From positions 1,434-65,433 of the forward strand of contig JADHNB010000001.1 in NCBI GenBank assembly GCA_016779705.1: a stretch of DNA of 64,000 nucleotides, read 5' to 3'. The stretch is from Poseidonia sp. (GTDB lineage: Archaea > Thermoplasmatota > Poseidoniia > Poseidoniales > Poseidoniaceae). The notes under the pieces were generated by a model. It was given only the letters and a program-made list of their open reading frames with translations, was not told the origin of the DNA and made no database searches. Shown piece after piece: positions 39,294-49,162 of the stretch. Numbering within the stretch: position 1 is the stretch's first letter; every line of letters begins with the position of its first letter. Position numbers and translations under genes: made by a program.

Positions 39294-40487
39294 ATGAGCC
39301 AACCAAAGGCTGTGATTTGCGCCGTTGCCCGAACGCCCATTGGCAAATTCATGGGAACGCTTTCCTCGTTGAAAGCCGTTGATTTGGGCGTCCTTGCCGT
39401 GAAGGAACTGCTTCAACGGGCAGGGATTGACCCCGCCTCCGGCGTGGTCGATGAGGTGCTGTTTGGCCAAGTGCTCCAAGCGGGGGCAGGACAAAACCCC
39501 GCCCGTCAAGTAGCGTTGGGAGCCGGCATGCCGGTATCAACGCCCTGCACCACCATCAACAAGGTGTGCGGTTCCTCGCTCAAGGCCGCCATGATGGCCG
39601 CCAACAGCATCCGTGCGGGCGAGTACAAGGTCATCGTGGCCGGTGGCATGGAGAGCATGAGCAACGCACCTCAACTGCTGATGGGGCAACGCACGGGCAC
39701 GAAAATGGGCGATTCCAAATTGGTTGACTCCATGATCCACGACGGATTGTGGGACGTCTACAACGACGTTCACATGGGCACGACCGGTGAAACGGTGGCC
39801 GACGAATGCAACATCAGTCGAGAGGCCATGGACGCCTTTGCGGCACGCAGCCAACAGCGAGCGGCTGAAGCTTGGGCCAACGGTTGGTTTGATTGGGAAA
39901 CGTTCCCGGTGGAAATCCCGCAGCGTCGGGGCGACCCCGTGGTCCTCAGCAACGACGAAGGGGTGCGAGGCGGCACCACCGCAGAATCCTTGGCGGGTCT
40001 TCGCCCCGTGTTCAACCGAGAAGGCGCCGTGACGGCCGGCAACGCCAGCACCCTCAACGACGGTGCCAGTGCGGTGTTGGTCGCTGAGGCTGAATTCGCC
40101 CAAGCTCAAGGCTGGGACATCATCGCCACCATCGAGGACTACTGCACCTCGGGCGTTGAACCCGCTCGGGTGATGAGCGCCCCGATTCCTGCGGTCAAGA
40201 CGCTGCTTGAGCGCAACGGCTTGGATGTCTTGGATGTGGACGTCTACGAGCACAACGAAGCCTTCGCTTCCGCCTCGTGTGCGGTGGCACAGGAAGTCGG
40301 CATTCCAGACGACCGGTTCAACCTTCATGGCGGAGCGGTGAGCTTGGGCCACCCCCTTGGGGCGAGCGGCACCCGCTGCCTCATCACCATGCTCGGGGTC
40401 ATGCGACGTCTCGAGGCCACCTCAGGAATCGTGACGTTGTGCTTGGGCGGTGGAAACGCCGTGGCCATGTACGTCAAGCGGTCTTGA
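39294..40487 (+). CDS. Acetyl-CoA C-acetyltransferase (thiolase)
   Basis: ARTPIG, GQNPARQ, NKVCGSS, GGMESMS, NEAFA, GHPLGASG, CLGGG. Confidence 0.95.
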   Translation: MSQPKAVICAVARTPIGKFMGTLSSLKAVDLGVLAVKELLQRAGIDPASGVVDEVLFGQVLQAGAGQNPARQVALGAGMPVSTPCTTINKVCGSSLKAAMMAANSIRAGEYKVIVAGGMESMSNAPQLLMGQRTGTKMGDSKLVDSMIHDGLWDVYNDVHMGTTGETVADECNISREAMDAFAARSQQRAAEAWANGWFDWETFPVEIPQRRGDPVVLSNDEGVRGGTTAESLAGLRPVFNREGAVTAGNASTLNDGASAVLVAEAEFAQAQGWDIIATIEDYCTSGVEPARVMSAPIPAVKTLLERNGLDVLDVDVYEHNEAFASASCAVAQEVGIPDDRFNLHGGAVSLGHPLGASGTRCLITMLGVMRRLEATSGIVTLCLGGGNAVAMYVKRS

Positions 40488-40683
40488 ACACCATGGCACG
40501 CAGAGCGTGTTCACGTGGGTAGGCTATGACAAAGCCCACTGCGAGCCCTTTGATTGGGTCAAAACGTATCAGTGGGTTTGTGCATTGACTCTTTGGTTCG
40601 TTCGAATAACGATTGAATCAAGGCCTCGTTTTCTCAAAATCGGAACGTGGTAATGAGGATTGATTTGAGAGTCAATTTCAGAC

Positions 40684-40899
40684 CTACCGAGAGAACGACG
40701 ATATGAACCAGGACAAGTAAAGACCGCCGATCACCAGAGCGAGAAGGGCGATGATGGCAAAGATAGTGCGGACCTTCCATTCCATGCTGCGAACTTCTTC
40801 CTCACGCCCGCTTTCCTTCACCCTTTTCTGAACATAGAAATATGCGAGTATAAGGACGGCAGCCAGGGCTAACCTTCCACCGATCGAAATTTCAACCAT
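40684..40899 (-). CDS. Small two-TM hypothetical protein
   Basis: 71 aa, two hydrophobic helices, AT-rich TATA-like stretch upstream (about 40920-40930). Confidence 0.6.
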   Translation of the reverse strand: MVEISIGGRLALAAVLILAYFYVQKRVKESGREEEVRSMEWKVRTIFAIIALLALVIGGLYLSWFISSFSR

Positions 40900-41097
40900 G
40901 CTGTTTCTCTGGAGAATACTAGGATATATTTTGTCCCTCCATGTTGCGATGGTCCAATGATATCGTCAATCAACATTTTTCAAAGCGCGTCAAAACAGAG
41001 GGTCCCCTCTGACCAGACGGGTCATCAGACCGTACGGTTGGGTTCACGGGCGTACACAAGGGCTCCCTTCGTGAACGGCTTGGTGTTCGCCGAAGAC

Positions 41098-41418
41098 CTA
41101 ATCCAGCATCTGGAGAATATCCTCAGGCGGGCGTCCAATGATCGCCCTGCCGTCGGCAACGAGCACCGGTCGCTCAAGCAACTTGGGTTGGTTGCTCAAG
41201 AGCGCTTTGACGTCTTCGGGAGTGATAAGCGTGTCCATCACGGCCTTACCCGCGTCTTTTTTGCGCACAATGCCCTCCAAGCCGGAGAGCACATCGAGGT
41301 CTTCCAAGGCGATTCCCTCCTCGAGGTAACGGTGCACCTCCACCTCAACGCCACGTTCGGTTAACAGGGCCAGAGCCTGTCGGGATTTGGAACAGCGAGG
41401 GTTGTGGTACAGGCGCAT
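41098..41418 (-). CDS. ArsC/Spx-family protein (arsenate reductase-like)
   Basis: LYHNPRCSKSR, PKLLERP, IIGRPPE. Confidence 0.88.
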   Translation of the reverse strand: MRLYHNPRCSKSRQALALLTERGVEVEVHRYLEEGIALEDLDVLSGLEGIVRKKDAGKAVMDTLITPEDVKALLSNQPKLLERPVLVADGRAIIGRPPEDILQMLD

Positions 41419-41465
41419 GGTCGGTGGACGCATGAGCCCCCCATCAAGGCATGCCTTGTCCGGCT

Positions 41466-42110
41466 TCAATCCGTTCGCATCAAGTGAAAGCGGATCACGG
41501 CGGCCGGTCCGCGGTGCAAATCGGATTCATCAAGCACCGTCTCCTCCACCGCTGCGTGGATCACGTCCATTGACGGTGCTTCGGGTCCGGTGAGTTCAGC
41601 GAGCACTTCATCGAGGTCAAACAGCAGGTCGAACGACTTTGGTCCACCGCTGGAGAAGTTGAGCTGGGTTTTGTGGTAGCCCTCCATCACGAAATGGCCG
41701 CCGGGCGCAAGGGCGTGGAGCATGCGGGGCATGTGCTTCTTGCGCACGGCGGGCGGGGTGTGAAACCAGGAGCAAGCGATGAGAGCGTAGTGGTTGGTGG
41801 CGAAGTCCCGCAGGACCAAATCGTCCACTTCGTACGCCACCTTGACGCCGTGTTCGGCAGCAAGACGGTGACATTTCTTCTCCCCCTCGGCTGAGAGGTC
41901 AAACACGGTGGCTTGCCACCCTTCCCTGGCGGCCCACACCGCATTGCGCCCCTCTCCGTCGGCCGGAAACAAGGCGGCTGGGTTCGGTTCGGGGGACAGG
42001 GTCTCGACCACCGATTTGAGCCACACGTTTGGTTCCTTTCCGTAAGCGAAGTGGTCGTGAGCGAAGCGTTGGTCCCACATGGAACCGTCGGATGGTTGGT
42101 CGGGGTTCAT
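41466..42110 (-). CDS. Class I SAM-dependent methyltransferase
   Basis: WDQRF....YGKEPN, ADGEGRNAVWAA, LAPGG, SGGP. Confidence 0.85.
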   Translation of the reverse strand: MNPDQPSDGSMWDQRFAHDHFAYGKEPNVWLKSVVETLSPEPNPAALFPADGEGRNAVWAAREGWQATVFDLSAEGEKKCHRLAAEHGVKVAYEVDDLVLRDFATNHYALIACSWFHTPPAVRKKHMPRMLHALAPGGHFVMEGYHKTQLNFSSGGPKSFDLLFDLDEVLAELTGPEAPSMDVIHAAVEETVLDESDLHRGPAAVIRFHLMRTD

Positions 42111-44269
42111 TCTTCTTCCTCCGAAGGGGGTGGGGTGAGCATGCCGTGCTCGTCGACCACGTCGCAAGAACCCGGCAACACGGCGAGCAAGTCATCGGTT
42201 GAGAGACCGGTTGTTTTGTAGATGGTGTTGGCCAACTGCTCTTTCTTCGTCATGCCGGGGGCCAGGACCGCATACCTCGGGCAGCGTTCAGCGATGAACG
42301 CCGGTGTTCCCGTCACGACGAGCGGGACACCGTTGACGGCGATGACGCCAATGGCGAGACGCACGTCCATGTCCTTGTACCAGGTCCGTTGTCCACGGAT
42401 GACGAAGGCACCCTTGCCAACGAACTCACCGGTCTGAGCGGATTTGGAAACCTGGGCCGGTTTGACGCTATAGACCGTGCCATGGGCGCCGCCTCCGTTC
42501 CACGCTCGACTCCAACAAAGGGCCAAGGTGGCCGCTTGCTCAAGCGCCTGCTCGCTGGCGTTTCCGTCGGGCAATTTGTCCACCAAGCGGTATGCCGGAA
42601 TGTCCGGAGGAAGGTGAGGCGGCCGTCGGTCATCAAGCACGAACCCTTGGCTGGCTCGCCAACTGCACGAAGGGGCCCCGTGAAGGTCAGCGTGGAAGTA
42701 CAGGTCGTCGCCCGAAAGGTGCTTCTTGACCACGGCATCGTTGCCTTTGGCGTCTTTTCCACCGATGAGCAAATGGCCGCCTTCGGTCATGCCCCATCGG
42801 TGTTGCTCGAACCACATGCGCTTGCTTCGCTTCAGGCGTTTGAGTTTCCCGCTCGCCTTTTGTTTCTCTTCGTTTTTCCTGGCTCGCTTCAATTTCCGTT
42901 CGGTTTCTTCCAAGGCTGAAACGGCCCCTGAGGTTTTGCTCTTCTGTTTGCGAGCCGCTTCGAAGTAGCGCTGAGCGTTTTGGTGGACGGTGGCATCAAG
43001 CTCGAGGAGGATTTGAGGGCCGTTGGGGGCGTTGTTCTCGTCGGGCAGCACGGCGGTGATGGTGCGCTCTGCTGGAGAGGCGTTCACGATCCAAGGAATC
43101 GCTTTCACCGCCTTCTTCACGGCGTCCCAGCCGTCCTTGGCCACGGCTTCGTTGGTTTGCTGAAGCAAGCCTTCGACGTGGTTCCAATGCTCTTGAATCA
43201 AGTGGCCAAGGCGCTGTTGCCGCTCAATTTTCTCGCCAAAACCCTCCAGGGCTTGTTCTTGCTGAGCCTTTCGTCGCTCAAGCCGTTCAACCTCGGTTGA
43301 TTGACCTCGGCCGGGGGCAACTTGGTCCATGCGTTCCTCTTCTCGTCGTTGGAGGGCGTGAGCGTCGTGAGAACCCTTCCAAACATCGATGACCTCGCAT
43401 AGTGAAGAAAAACTCACTCGCGGCATGCCGTGGTGAACAGGGAGGAGAATGGGCGTGGCTTCCACCCCTCGCATCGACAGCCAATGGTGCTGAGCAGCGT
43501 GGTCCATCGAGGCCAAAACCTTGGCCCAATCCTCGCCGTCCTCGGCCGTCAAGGCCAACATCAGATGCGCCTGGGAAGGGGCTTCGAGGTCCTCAAGGAG
43601 TTGGCGTAGCGCGGCGAACAAAGCGTTCACGTCGGCCTCGGAAGGCTCCGAGTTCGGCTCGTGGTCGGCCAGTTCACACACGGCGTTGGCGTGCGTCGCT
43701 CCAAGGTTGATCTTCCCACCGAGCGTTGAGACCAAGTCTCGGTCGGACTCGGCAAAAATGGCGGTCAGGCCTTCAAGGGTGAGGTCGTAGGGGTCAACGG
43801 CGGGCGGGGGGGGCGCGTAAGCGACGCCTTTCTTCAACGTCCGACCAGCATAGGACGCGTGGGTCAGGGGTTGGATGATGATGCCCTCCTCGTCGACGAG
43901 GATGATGTTCCCGTCTCGAAACACCTCGACATACAACGTTCGGGCGCCCCCTTTGGTGTCGAACGAAAACGCCAGCACACGGTCAAAACCGAGTTGTTCC
44001 ACCTTCGTCAATCGAGCGTTTCGCAGGTGCTTGCGGAGCACCATGGCAAACGGGGGAGGCGTCATGGGCATGGGTCGGTCGCGTTGCGAGGTGTAGATCC
44101 GCTCGCCTCGAACGAAGACCAAATCCCGTTGGTCGGCTTCTTTTGGGTTGACGCGCAGCACGATTTGCTCGTAGTGGGGCATGTAGGCTTTCTTGACGTA
44201 CGCCCCGCTCAAAGCGTCCAGTTCCCGGGCCATGGCGCGAAGGTCAAACCCCGACATGGCCTTCTTCAT
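42107..44269 (-). CDS. rqcH: Ribosome quality-control protein RqcH/Rqc2 (NFACT family)
   Basis: MSGFDL, PPPFAMVLRKHL, QLGFDRV, GNIILVD, NAQRYFE.A.K, GGKDAKGND, HADLHGAPS, GEFVGKGAFVIRG. Confidence 0.9.
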   Translation of the reverse strand: MKKAMSGFDLRAMARELDALSGAYVKKAYMPHYEQIVLRVNPKEADQRDLVFVRGERIYTSQRDRPMPMTPPPFAMVLRKHLRNARLTKVEQLGFDRVLAFSFDTKGGARTLYVEVFRDGNIILVDEEGIIIQPLTHASYAGRTLKKGVAYAPPPPAVDPYDLTLEGLTAIFAESDRDLVSTLGGKINLGATHANAVCELADHEPNSEPSEADVNALFAALRQLLEDLEAPSQAHLMLALTAEDGEDWAKVLASMDHAAQHHWLSMRGVEATPILLPVHHGMPRVSFSSLCEVIDVWKGSHDAHALQRREEERMDQVAPGRGQSTEVERLERRKAQQEQALEGFGEKIERQQRLGHLIQEHWNHVEGLLQQTNEAVAKDGWDAVKKAVKAIPWIVNASPAERTITAVLPDENNAPNGPQILLELDATVHQNAQRYFEAARKQKSKTSGAVSALEETERKLKRARKNEEKQKASGKLKRLKRSKRMWFEQHRWGMTEGGHLLIGGKDAKGNDAVVKKHLSGDDLYFHADLHGAPSCSWRASQGFVLDDRRPPHLPPDIPAYRLVDKLPDGNASEQALEQAATLALCWSRAWNGGGAHGTVYSVKPAQVSKSAQTGEFVGKGAFVIRGQRTWYKDMDVRLAIGVIAVNGVPLVVTGTPAFIAERCPRYAVLAPGMTKKEQLANTIYKTTGLSTDDLLAVLPGSCDVVDEHGMLTPPPSEEEE

Positions 44270-44345
44270 GCGTCCACCCGGTCAATTCCAATCGGTGAGG
44301 TGTGATGAAGGTTTCATGGTCTCGGAACCGAGACCGAACCCGGCA

Positions 44346-45389
44346 TCACGGACGGGCTTCATCCTCGTCCTCGTTGAATTGGAGCAGGACTTTACCGATG
44401 TTCTTGGCGTCGTGCAGGTGCTGATGGGCTTCTTGCACGGCTTCGGCAGGGAACACTCGGTCCACGATGGGTTCGAGATGACCGGTCTGGATGCCTTCTA
44501 CGATTCGAGAGAGTTGAGCGTGCATCACCGCTTCGTCCGACCAGGTGCCCATGTGCACTCCGAACACGGCACGATTTCGCGTCATCAATCGAAGGGCGTC
44601 AAACTTGGGCGTTTTCCTCAAAGCGAACATGGCTCTGAGCAACGAGCGTTTGCCGGACGGGGCGGCGGCTGACAATCCGTAGGTGTACAAACGACCGCCT
44701 TCCGCCAAGCTTGACAAGCTTCGCTTCAGGTGTTCGCCACCGATGGGGTCAAGGATGTGGTCAACGCCTCGCCCATCGGTTTCGGAGCGAACGATGCTTG
44801 CAAAATCTTCACGGTGACGGTCGATGGGTCGGGCGCCGTACTGTTCCAAAATGTGGTGCTTGGGTTTGGAGGAGGTGGCCCATACCTTGCTGACGCCGGC
44901 CCAGCGGCACAACTGCAGGGCCGCCGTACCCACCCCTCCGGCTCCGCCATGAATCAAGACCGAATCGTCGGCTTTCAGGTGGCCCAGATGGTGCAGCATG
45001 TGGTGGGCCGTGAGGTAGGTGACGGGGGTGGCGGCGGCCGTTTTCAAGGCGATGTCGTCGGGCAAGGAGATCACGCGGTCTTGTGAAACCACCACGTGGC
45101 TGGCCTGTCCGCCGTTGCGCATCGCAGCCACCACGCGCTGGCCTGGCGAGAAACCGGTGACGCCTTCACCCAACGCTTCAACGATTCCGCTTACCTCGTA
45201 GCCGGGTGTGAACGGGTAGGGTGGCCGGGGTTGGTAGAACCCCATCCTCATCAGCAGGTCGGCGAAATTGATACCGGCGTAGACCACGCGGACCCTCACT
45301 TCATGGCTTCCCGGCTGAGGAACCTCCATGGCTTCCGTACCAATGCAGTCCACGCCTCCGGCTTTTCGAATCACCACGCGTTGTCCCAT
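44346..45389 (-). CDS. NADPH:quinone oxidoreductase / MDR family (VAT-1-like)
   Basis: AGINFADL, TPGYEVSG, LIHGGAGGVGTA, KNIGKVLL. Confidence 0.88.
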   Translation of the reverse strand: MGQRVVIRKAGGVDCIGTEAMEVPQPGSHEVRVRVVYAGINFADLLMRMGFYQPRPPYPFTPGYEVSGIVEALGEGVTGFSPGQRVVAAMRNGGQASHVVVSQDRVISLPDDIALKTAAATPVTYLTAHHMLHHLGHLKADDSVLIHGGAGGVGTAALQLCRWAGVSKVWATSSKPKHHILEQYGARPIDRHREDFASIVRSETDGRGVDHILDPIGGEHLKRSLSSLAEGGRLYTYGLSAAAPSGKRSLLRAMFALRKTPKFDALRLMTRNRAVFGVHMGTWSDEAVMHAQLSRIVEGIQTGHLEPIVDRVFPAEAVQEAHQHLHDAKNIGKVLLQFNEDEDEARP

Positions 45390-46903
45390 CACACGACCTC
45401 CTTGAGGAACCATTCACCGTTCTTGCTGGCGAGGTTGCCTGAGGCTTCGTGCGCCAACAAGTGCGAAAGCGTTTGGTCAACCGCCAACCCAGGATGCGCA
45501 TCAGGGGAGTCGGCATAGGCTTGCTTGGCGATGGATTCAACCGTGGTCAACCCTCCTTGAACCGCTGCGAACACGCGGGCGTGGCGGGCCTTCCGGTGGT
45601 CAATGTAATGTTGAATCAAGCGTTCGGGAATCGCCACGACCGGGCCATGACTGGGGAACACGAGGTGCGGCTGGAGGGCTTTGAGACGTTCCAATTGCTC
45701 GAGGTACGTGTTCATGTCGCCGCTTCCCGGTGGGATGAGGATGGTACCGATTCCGGCGACCATGTCGCCGGCCACCAAGCCGGCTTCGCCCAAGAGACAG
45801 ACATGGCCGGGGTGATGGCCGGGCGTGATCAGCACCGTCCAGGCTTGTTCACCAAGTTGCAGGATATCGCCATCCTCAAGAATCCGGTCACACGGCACGC
45901 TGCGGGCGGTGTGTTCGCTGCCCCAAATCGGCACATCAAACGCTTCTCGCAGCAACGACATGTCCGCTAGATGGTCGCCGTGACTGTGCGTGAACACCAC
46001 GGCTTCCAACCGGCCTCGATGGCGTTCAACCGCCGTGGCCAGGGCTTCCATGTCTTCTCGCATGCGGATGGCCGGGTCGACCAACACAAAGGCCCCCTCG
46101 GGGTCGCCCACCAGGTAGCAGTTCGTGTGGTCGGCCGGGGGAAGCGTGGCCGTTTTGATGGGCACCACTTCGACGCCGTGAGCGAACAGGATGGAACGTC
46201 GTCCCGGGAGTCGGGCGGCGATGTCGTCGGCGGCCTGGCCCATGTCTCGGTCAAATCGGTCCAGCGTTCGTTCGATTTCCATCAGAAGCGTGACCACGGG
46301 AGGAGCGACCTTGATTTCATGGGCCCGCCAGCGAGCAAGAATCTCAGCCGGTGGCGACCACATGACCTCGGTAAATTCAGTTTGAGGTTCCAAATCAATG
46401 TCGGGCACCGTTTCCCAAGGCCCTGCATGAACGTGGAGGAAGGCGTTGTCGAATTGAACGGGACCGAAGGGTGGTGTGATGCGGTGGCTGAGCGTTTTGA
46501 TTTGACGGCGGTCAACCGGAAACGCCCCGGCTTTGGCGAGCGGAAGCCATTGCGTCTTGTCATCCACGATGCTACGTCGTACATCGTCGGGTAGGGCAGC
46601 GACGCCGTTTCCATAGGGATACAACCCCAATTCCTCGCTCATCTCCCGCAAAATGCACGCTATTGATGCGGCTTCTTGTCCCTCAAGTTCGGGTAGGTTC
46701 TCAACCGCAGCACGGTCCACTGAGGAAACCCCGCCTCCTGGGAACGCCCAGTAACTTGGGAAGGCCCGCATCGTTGGGGAGCGCAGGCCCAACAGGACCT
46801 CCACGCCTTTCGGACCGTCCCTGGTTATGGTCATGGTCGCCGTTGGGCGAGGTTGGCCGCGCTGGGGAGCAGGTAATTGAACCCCGGCCGGCACTTCACT
46901 CAT
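45389..46903 (-). CDS. NUDIX domain fused to LACTB2-like metallo-beta-lactamase
   Basis: WAFPGG...REMSEELG and RITPP..P..FD (NUDT19-like); THSHGDH, TPGHHPGH, GDM, PSHG; C-terminal wHTH-like region. Confidence 0.85.
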   Translation of the reverse strand: MSEVPAGVQLPAPQRGQPRPTATMTITRDGPKGVEVLLGLRSPTMRAFPSYWAFPGGGVSSVDRAAVENLPELEGQEAASIACILREMSEELGLYPYGNGVAALPDDVRRSIVDDKTQWLPLAKAGAFPVDRRQIKTLSHRITPPFGPVQFDNAFLHVHAGPWETVPDIDLEPQTEFTEVMWSPPAEILARWRAHEIKVAPPVVTLLMEIERTLDRFDRDMGQAADDIAARLPGRRSILFAHGVEVVPIKTATLPPADHTNCYLVGDPEGAFVLVDPAIRMREDMEALATAVERHRGRLEAVVFTHSHGDHLADMSLLREAFDVPIWGSEHTARSVPCDRILEDGDILQLGEQAWTVLITPGHHPGHVCLLGEAGLVAGDMVAGIGTILIPPGSGDMNTYLEQLERLKALQPHLVFPSHGPVVAIPERLIQHYIDHRKARHARVFAAVQGGLTTVESIAKQAYADSPDAHPGLAVDQTLSHLLAHEASGNLASKNGEWFLKEVV

Positions 46904-47024
46904 GCATCGGCGTTGCCCACGGGGCTTTCAAAGGCTTGTGAGGTTGGTCTTAGGAGAGAATGTGCTGGGCGGACATGGGCTTGGACGGCGTGTGCTTGAA
47001 ATATCTTGCAACCCAGCCAACACC

Positions 47025-47219
47025 ATGACTCACGATTCGGTGGAGGAGCACCTCGCCGAATTGGCGGATTTGGTCGCCCAAGCCGAGGCCATGGGCATTG
47101 ATTTGTGGCCGGACCCCAAACCCGCCCGGCCGTGGGCAAAATACGCCTTGGCTTCGTTCATGATCATCATGATGCTCTCGTGGGTCTCGAAGGTGCTGTT
47201 TCGATTTGCATCGGTGTGA
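47025..47219 (+). CDS. Small membrane protein
   Basis: 64 aa, acidic N-terminal helix and one TM; AT-rich element TTGAAATAT about 25 nt upstream. Confidence 0.6.
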   Translation: MTHDSVEEHLAELADLVAQAEAMGIDLWPDPKPARPWAKYALASFMIIMMLSWVSKVLFRFASV

Positions 47220-47273
47220 GTCGGAAGGAGCACCGTTGATTTCAAGAAGGCGACGCGCTTCGCACGGTCACAC

Positions 47274-47346
47274 AGTCCCTTAGTGTAGCGGTCCATCATG
47301 GAGGATTCTGGTTCCTCCGACCTCGGTTCGAATCCGGGAGGGACTA
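47274..47346 (+). tRNA. tRNA-Gln (CTG), CCA not encoded
   Basis: AGTCCCT/AGGGACT acceptor stem (archaeal A1-U72), anticodon arm GAGGA-TTCTGGT-TCCTC, GGTTCGAATCC. Confidence 0.95.
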
Positions 47347-47391
47347 CTTTCAGACCGTCGCATCATCATCATTCCATGCCGCAGCCCGTTG

Positions 47392-47443
47392 GTTTAGGGA
47401 GCCCTAAACATTATATCACGCAGAGTTTTCGGGTGACCTAAAT
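47392..47443 (+). promoter_or_regulatory. Promoter with two DtxR/MntR-type operator boxes flanking a TATA box
   Basis: Perfect palindrome GTTTAGGG-AG-CCCTAAAC (47392-47409), TTATATCA (47411-47418), second box TTTCGG-GTGA-CCTAAA (47427-47442). Confidence 0.8.
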
Positions 47444-47453
47444 CCACCTTGAG

Positions 47454-48494
47454 GTGTCCATGGTGCTGTCATCTTCTCGCCTCCTACCGGTCCTCTTTTC
47501 CCTGTTGATGGTCGTCAGCGGCATGAGCGGTTGCTTGGGCAACGACGACGACGACGTCCTTCGCATCGCCTTTGCTATCCAAGACGATTACGCCTCGTTC
47601 GATGATAACCCGCAGCGCTTAGCGGATTACTTGACCGAGGCTACGGGGATGAAGGTTGAGCTCTACCCGATCACTTCTGACGCTTTGGCCCTTGAAGCGC
47701 TTCGATTTGGCAGCGCCGACATGGCGTTTCTTGACAGCGGAGCGGCGTGGATGGGCTGGCAAGCCTACGGACTTGAGGCCATGGCTGCCAGCACCAACAG
47801 CGACGGCCGGACCTATTACAACGCTCAAGCCTGGGTGCTGAACGACAGCGAGGCAGGCCGTGCAGCCACCGACGGCGATGATGCTACCGACCCGTTCGAG
47901 GCGCTTGCGGGATCCGTCACCTGTCACACCGGCTGGCTCAAGTCGGCGGGCATGCTGATTCCGATGGGCTACTTCATCGGTCAAGGCTACGCTGAGGTGG
48001 TGGGGGACGAGGAGGACATCGAATCGCTTCGTTCCACCATCTTCAATCATTTTTCCGAAGACGCCGTTATCCCTGAATCAGGTTCGCTGTATTACGGCTA
48101 CGGGGGGGCGCTTCGTTGTTTGTCGGAGGGCGAAGGCGACGTGGCGTTTGTCAAGGATTCCAGCCTGGATGCGTATTGCCCAGCGGAGGGTTCCGCTGAG
48201 GCGTGGTGTCTTGAACGCGACCGGTATGTTCCTCTTCCAGCGTTTGGACAAGCTCCCTCGCACCCGTTGATGTTCCAACCAGATTCTATAGATGAAGAGA
48301 TGCAAACGAAGATTGCTGACGCTTTGTTGGCGCTAAATAAAAGCGAGGACGGGCAATCCATTCTCGCCTCGATCTTGAACACGAACAGCGTGGTGAAGGT
48401 TGACACGGTTTCCCATCTCGGCTCCTATGCCTCGCTGATCGAACACGTGCCCGGCATCGAGACTTACCTTGACGAACGCTATTCTTCGGAGTGA
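47454..48494 (+). CDS. ABC substrate-binding lipoprotein, PhnD superfamily, single-lobe transferrin-like (putative Fe3+-binding)
   Basis: Lipobox MSGC; ADMAFLDSG, TYYNAQAWV, CHTGWLKSAG, YYGYGGALRCLSEGEGDVAFVK, QAPSH are collinear with transferrin lobe motifs. Confidence 0.85.
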   Translation: MSMVLSSSRLLPVLFSLLMVVSGMSGCLGNDDDDVLRIAFAIQDDYASFDDNPQRLADYLTEATGMKVELYPITSDALALEALRFGSADMAFLDSGAAWMGWQAYGLEAMAASTNSDGRTYYNAQAWVLNDSEAGRAATDGDDATDPFEALAGSVTCHTGWLKSAGMLIPMGYFIGQGYAEVVGDEEDIESLRSTIFNHFSEDAVIPESGSLYYGYGGALRCLSEGEGDVAFVKDSSLDAYCPAEGSAEAWCLERDRYVPLPAFGQAPSHPLMFQPDSIDEEMQTKIADALLALNKSEDGQSILASILNTNSVVKVDTVSHLGSYASLIEHVPGIETYLDERYSSE

Positions 48495-49162
48495 GTGGAA
48501 TGAAGGAAGTCCTCGTCCACCTTCACGACGTGAGCGTGGGCTACGACATGCCGCTCATTCGAGACATCAACCTCGAGATTGAATCGGGCGATGTCATTGC
48601 GGTCCTTGGGCCGTCAGGGATTGGAAAAACCACCCTCCTGAGAACCATTGCGGGTCTTGTGCGGCCGCTTGAAGGGGAGGTTGAATTGGGCGTTCCGCCT
48701 CGAGGAGGCTTGGGCTACATTCCTCAGCGCTTGGGCTTGGTTGGCAACAGCACGGTTCGGTCCAACGTTGAGATGGGCACTCGCGTTGGCCTGTCTCGAT
48801 GGTACCTTCCGTTTTTGCCGGTGCCTGAACAACAACGTCGTTACGCTGAACGGGCGATGGAAGACCTCGGCATCGCTCATCTGGCCGACCAACCCGTTCG
48901 AATTTTATCGGGTGGACAGCAGCGCAGGGTAGCCACGGCGAAAACCTTGGCCCAACGGCCAAAATTGGTCCTTGCAGACGAGTTTCTGGGTGAATTGGAC
49001 GACGACAACGTTGACATCGTGATGAAAACGGTGCGGTCGGCCATCGAGGCTCAAAATTCGGCCATGGTCATGGTTGAACACCACGAGGAGTTGGCCAAAC
49101 TCGTCGCGAACCGGGTGTGGCGAATCACCGAGGGTCGTTTGGTTGAAGAGGTGATGGAATGA
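48491..49162 (+). CDS. ABC transporter ATP-binding protein (PhnC-like)
   Basis: Walker A GPSGIGKT, LSGGQ signature, LVLADE, H-loop; 4-nt overlaps with both neighbours. Confidence 0.92.
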   Translation: MSGMKEVLVHLHDVSVGYDMPLIRDINLEIESGDVIAVLGPSGIGKTTLLRTIAGLVRPLEGEVELGVPPRGGLGYIPQRLGLVGNSTVRSNVEMGTRVGLSRWYLPFLPVPEQQRRYAERAMEDLGIAHLADQPVRILSGGQQRRVATAKTLAQRPKLVLADEFLGELDDDNVDIVMKTVRSAIEAQNSAMVMVEHHEELAKLVANRVWRITEGRLVEEVME

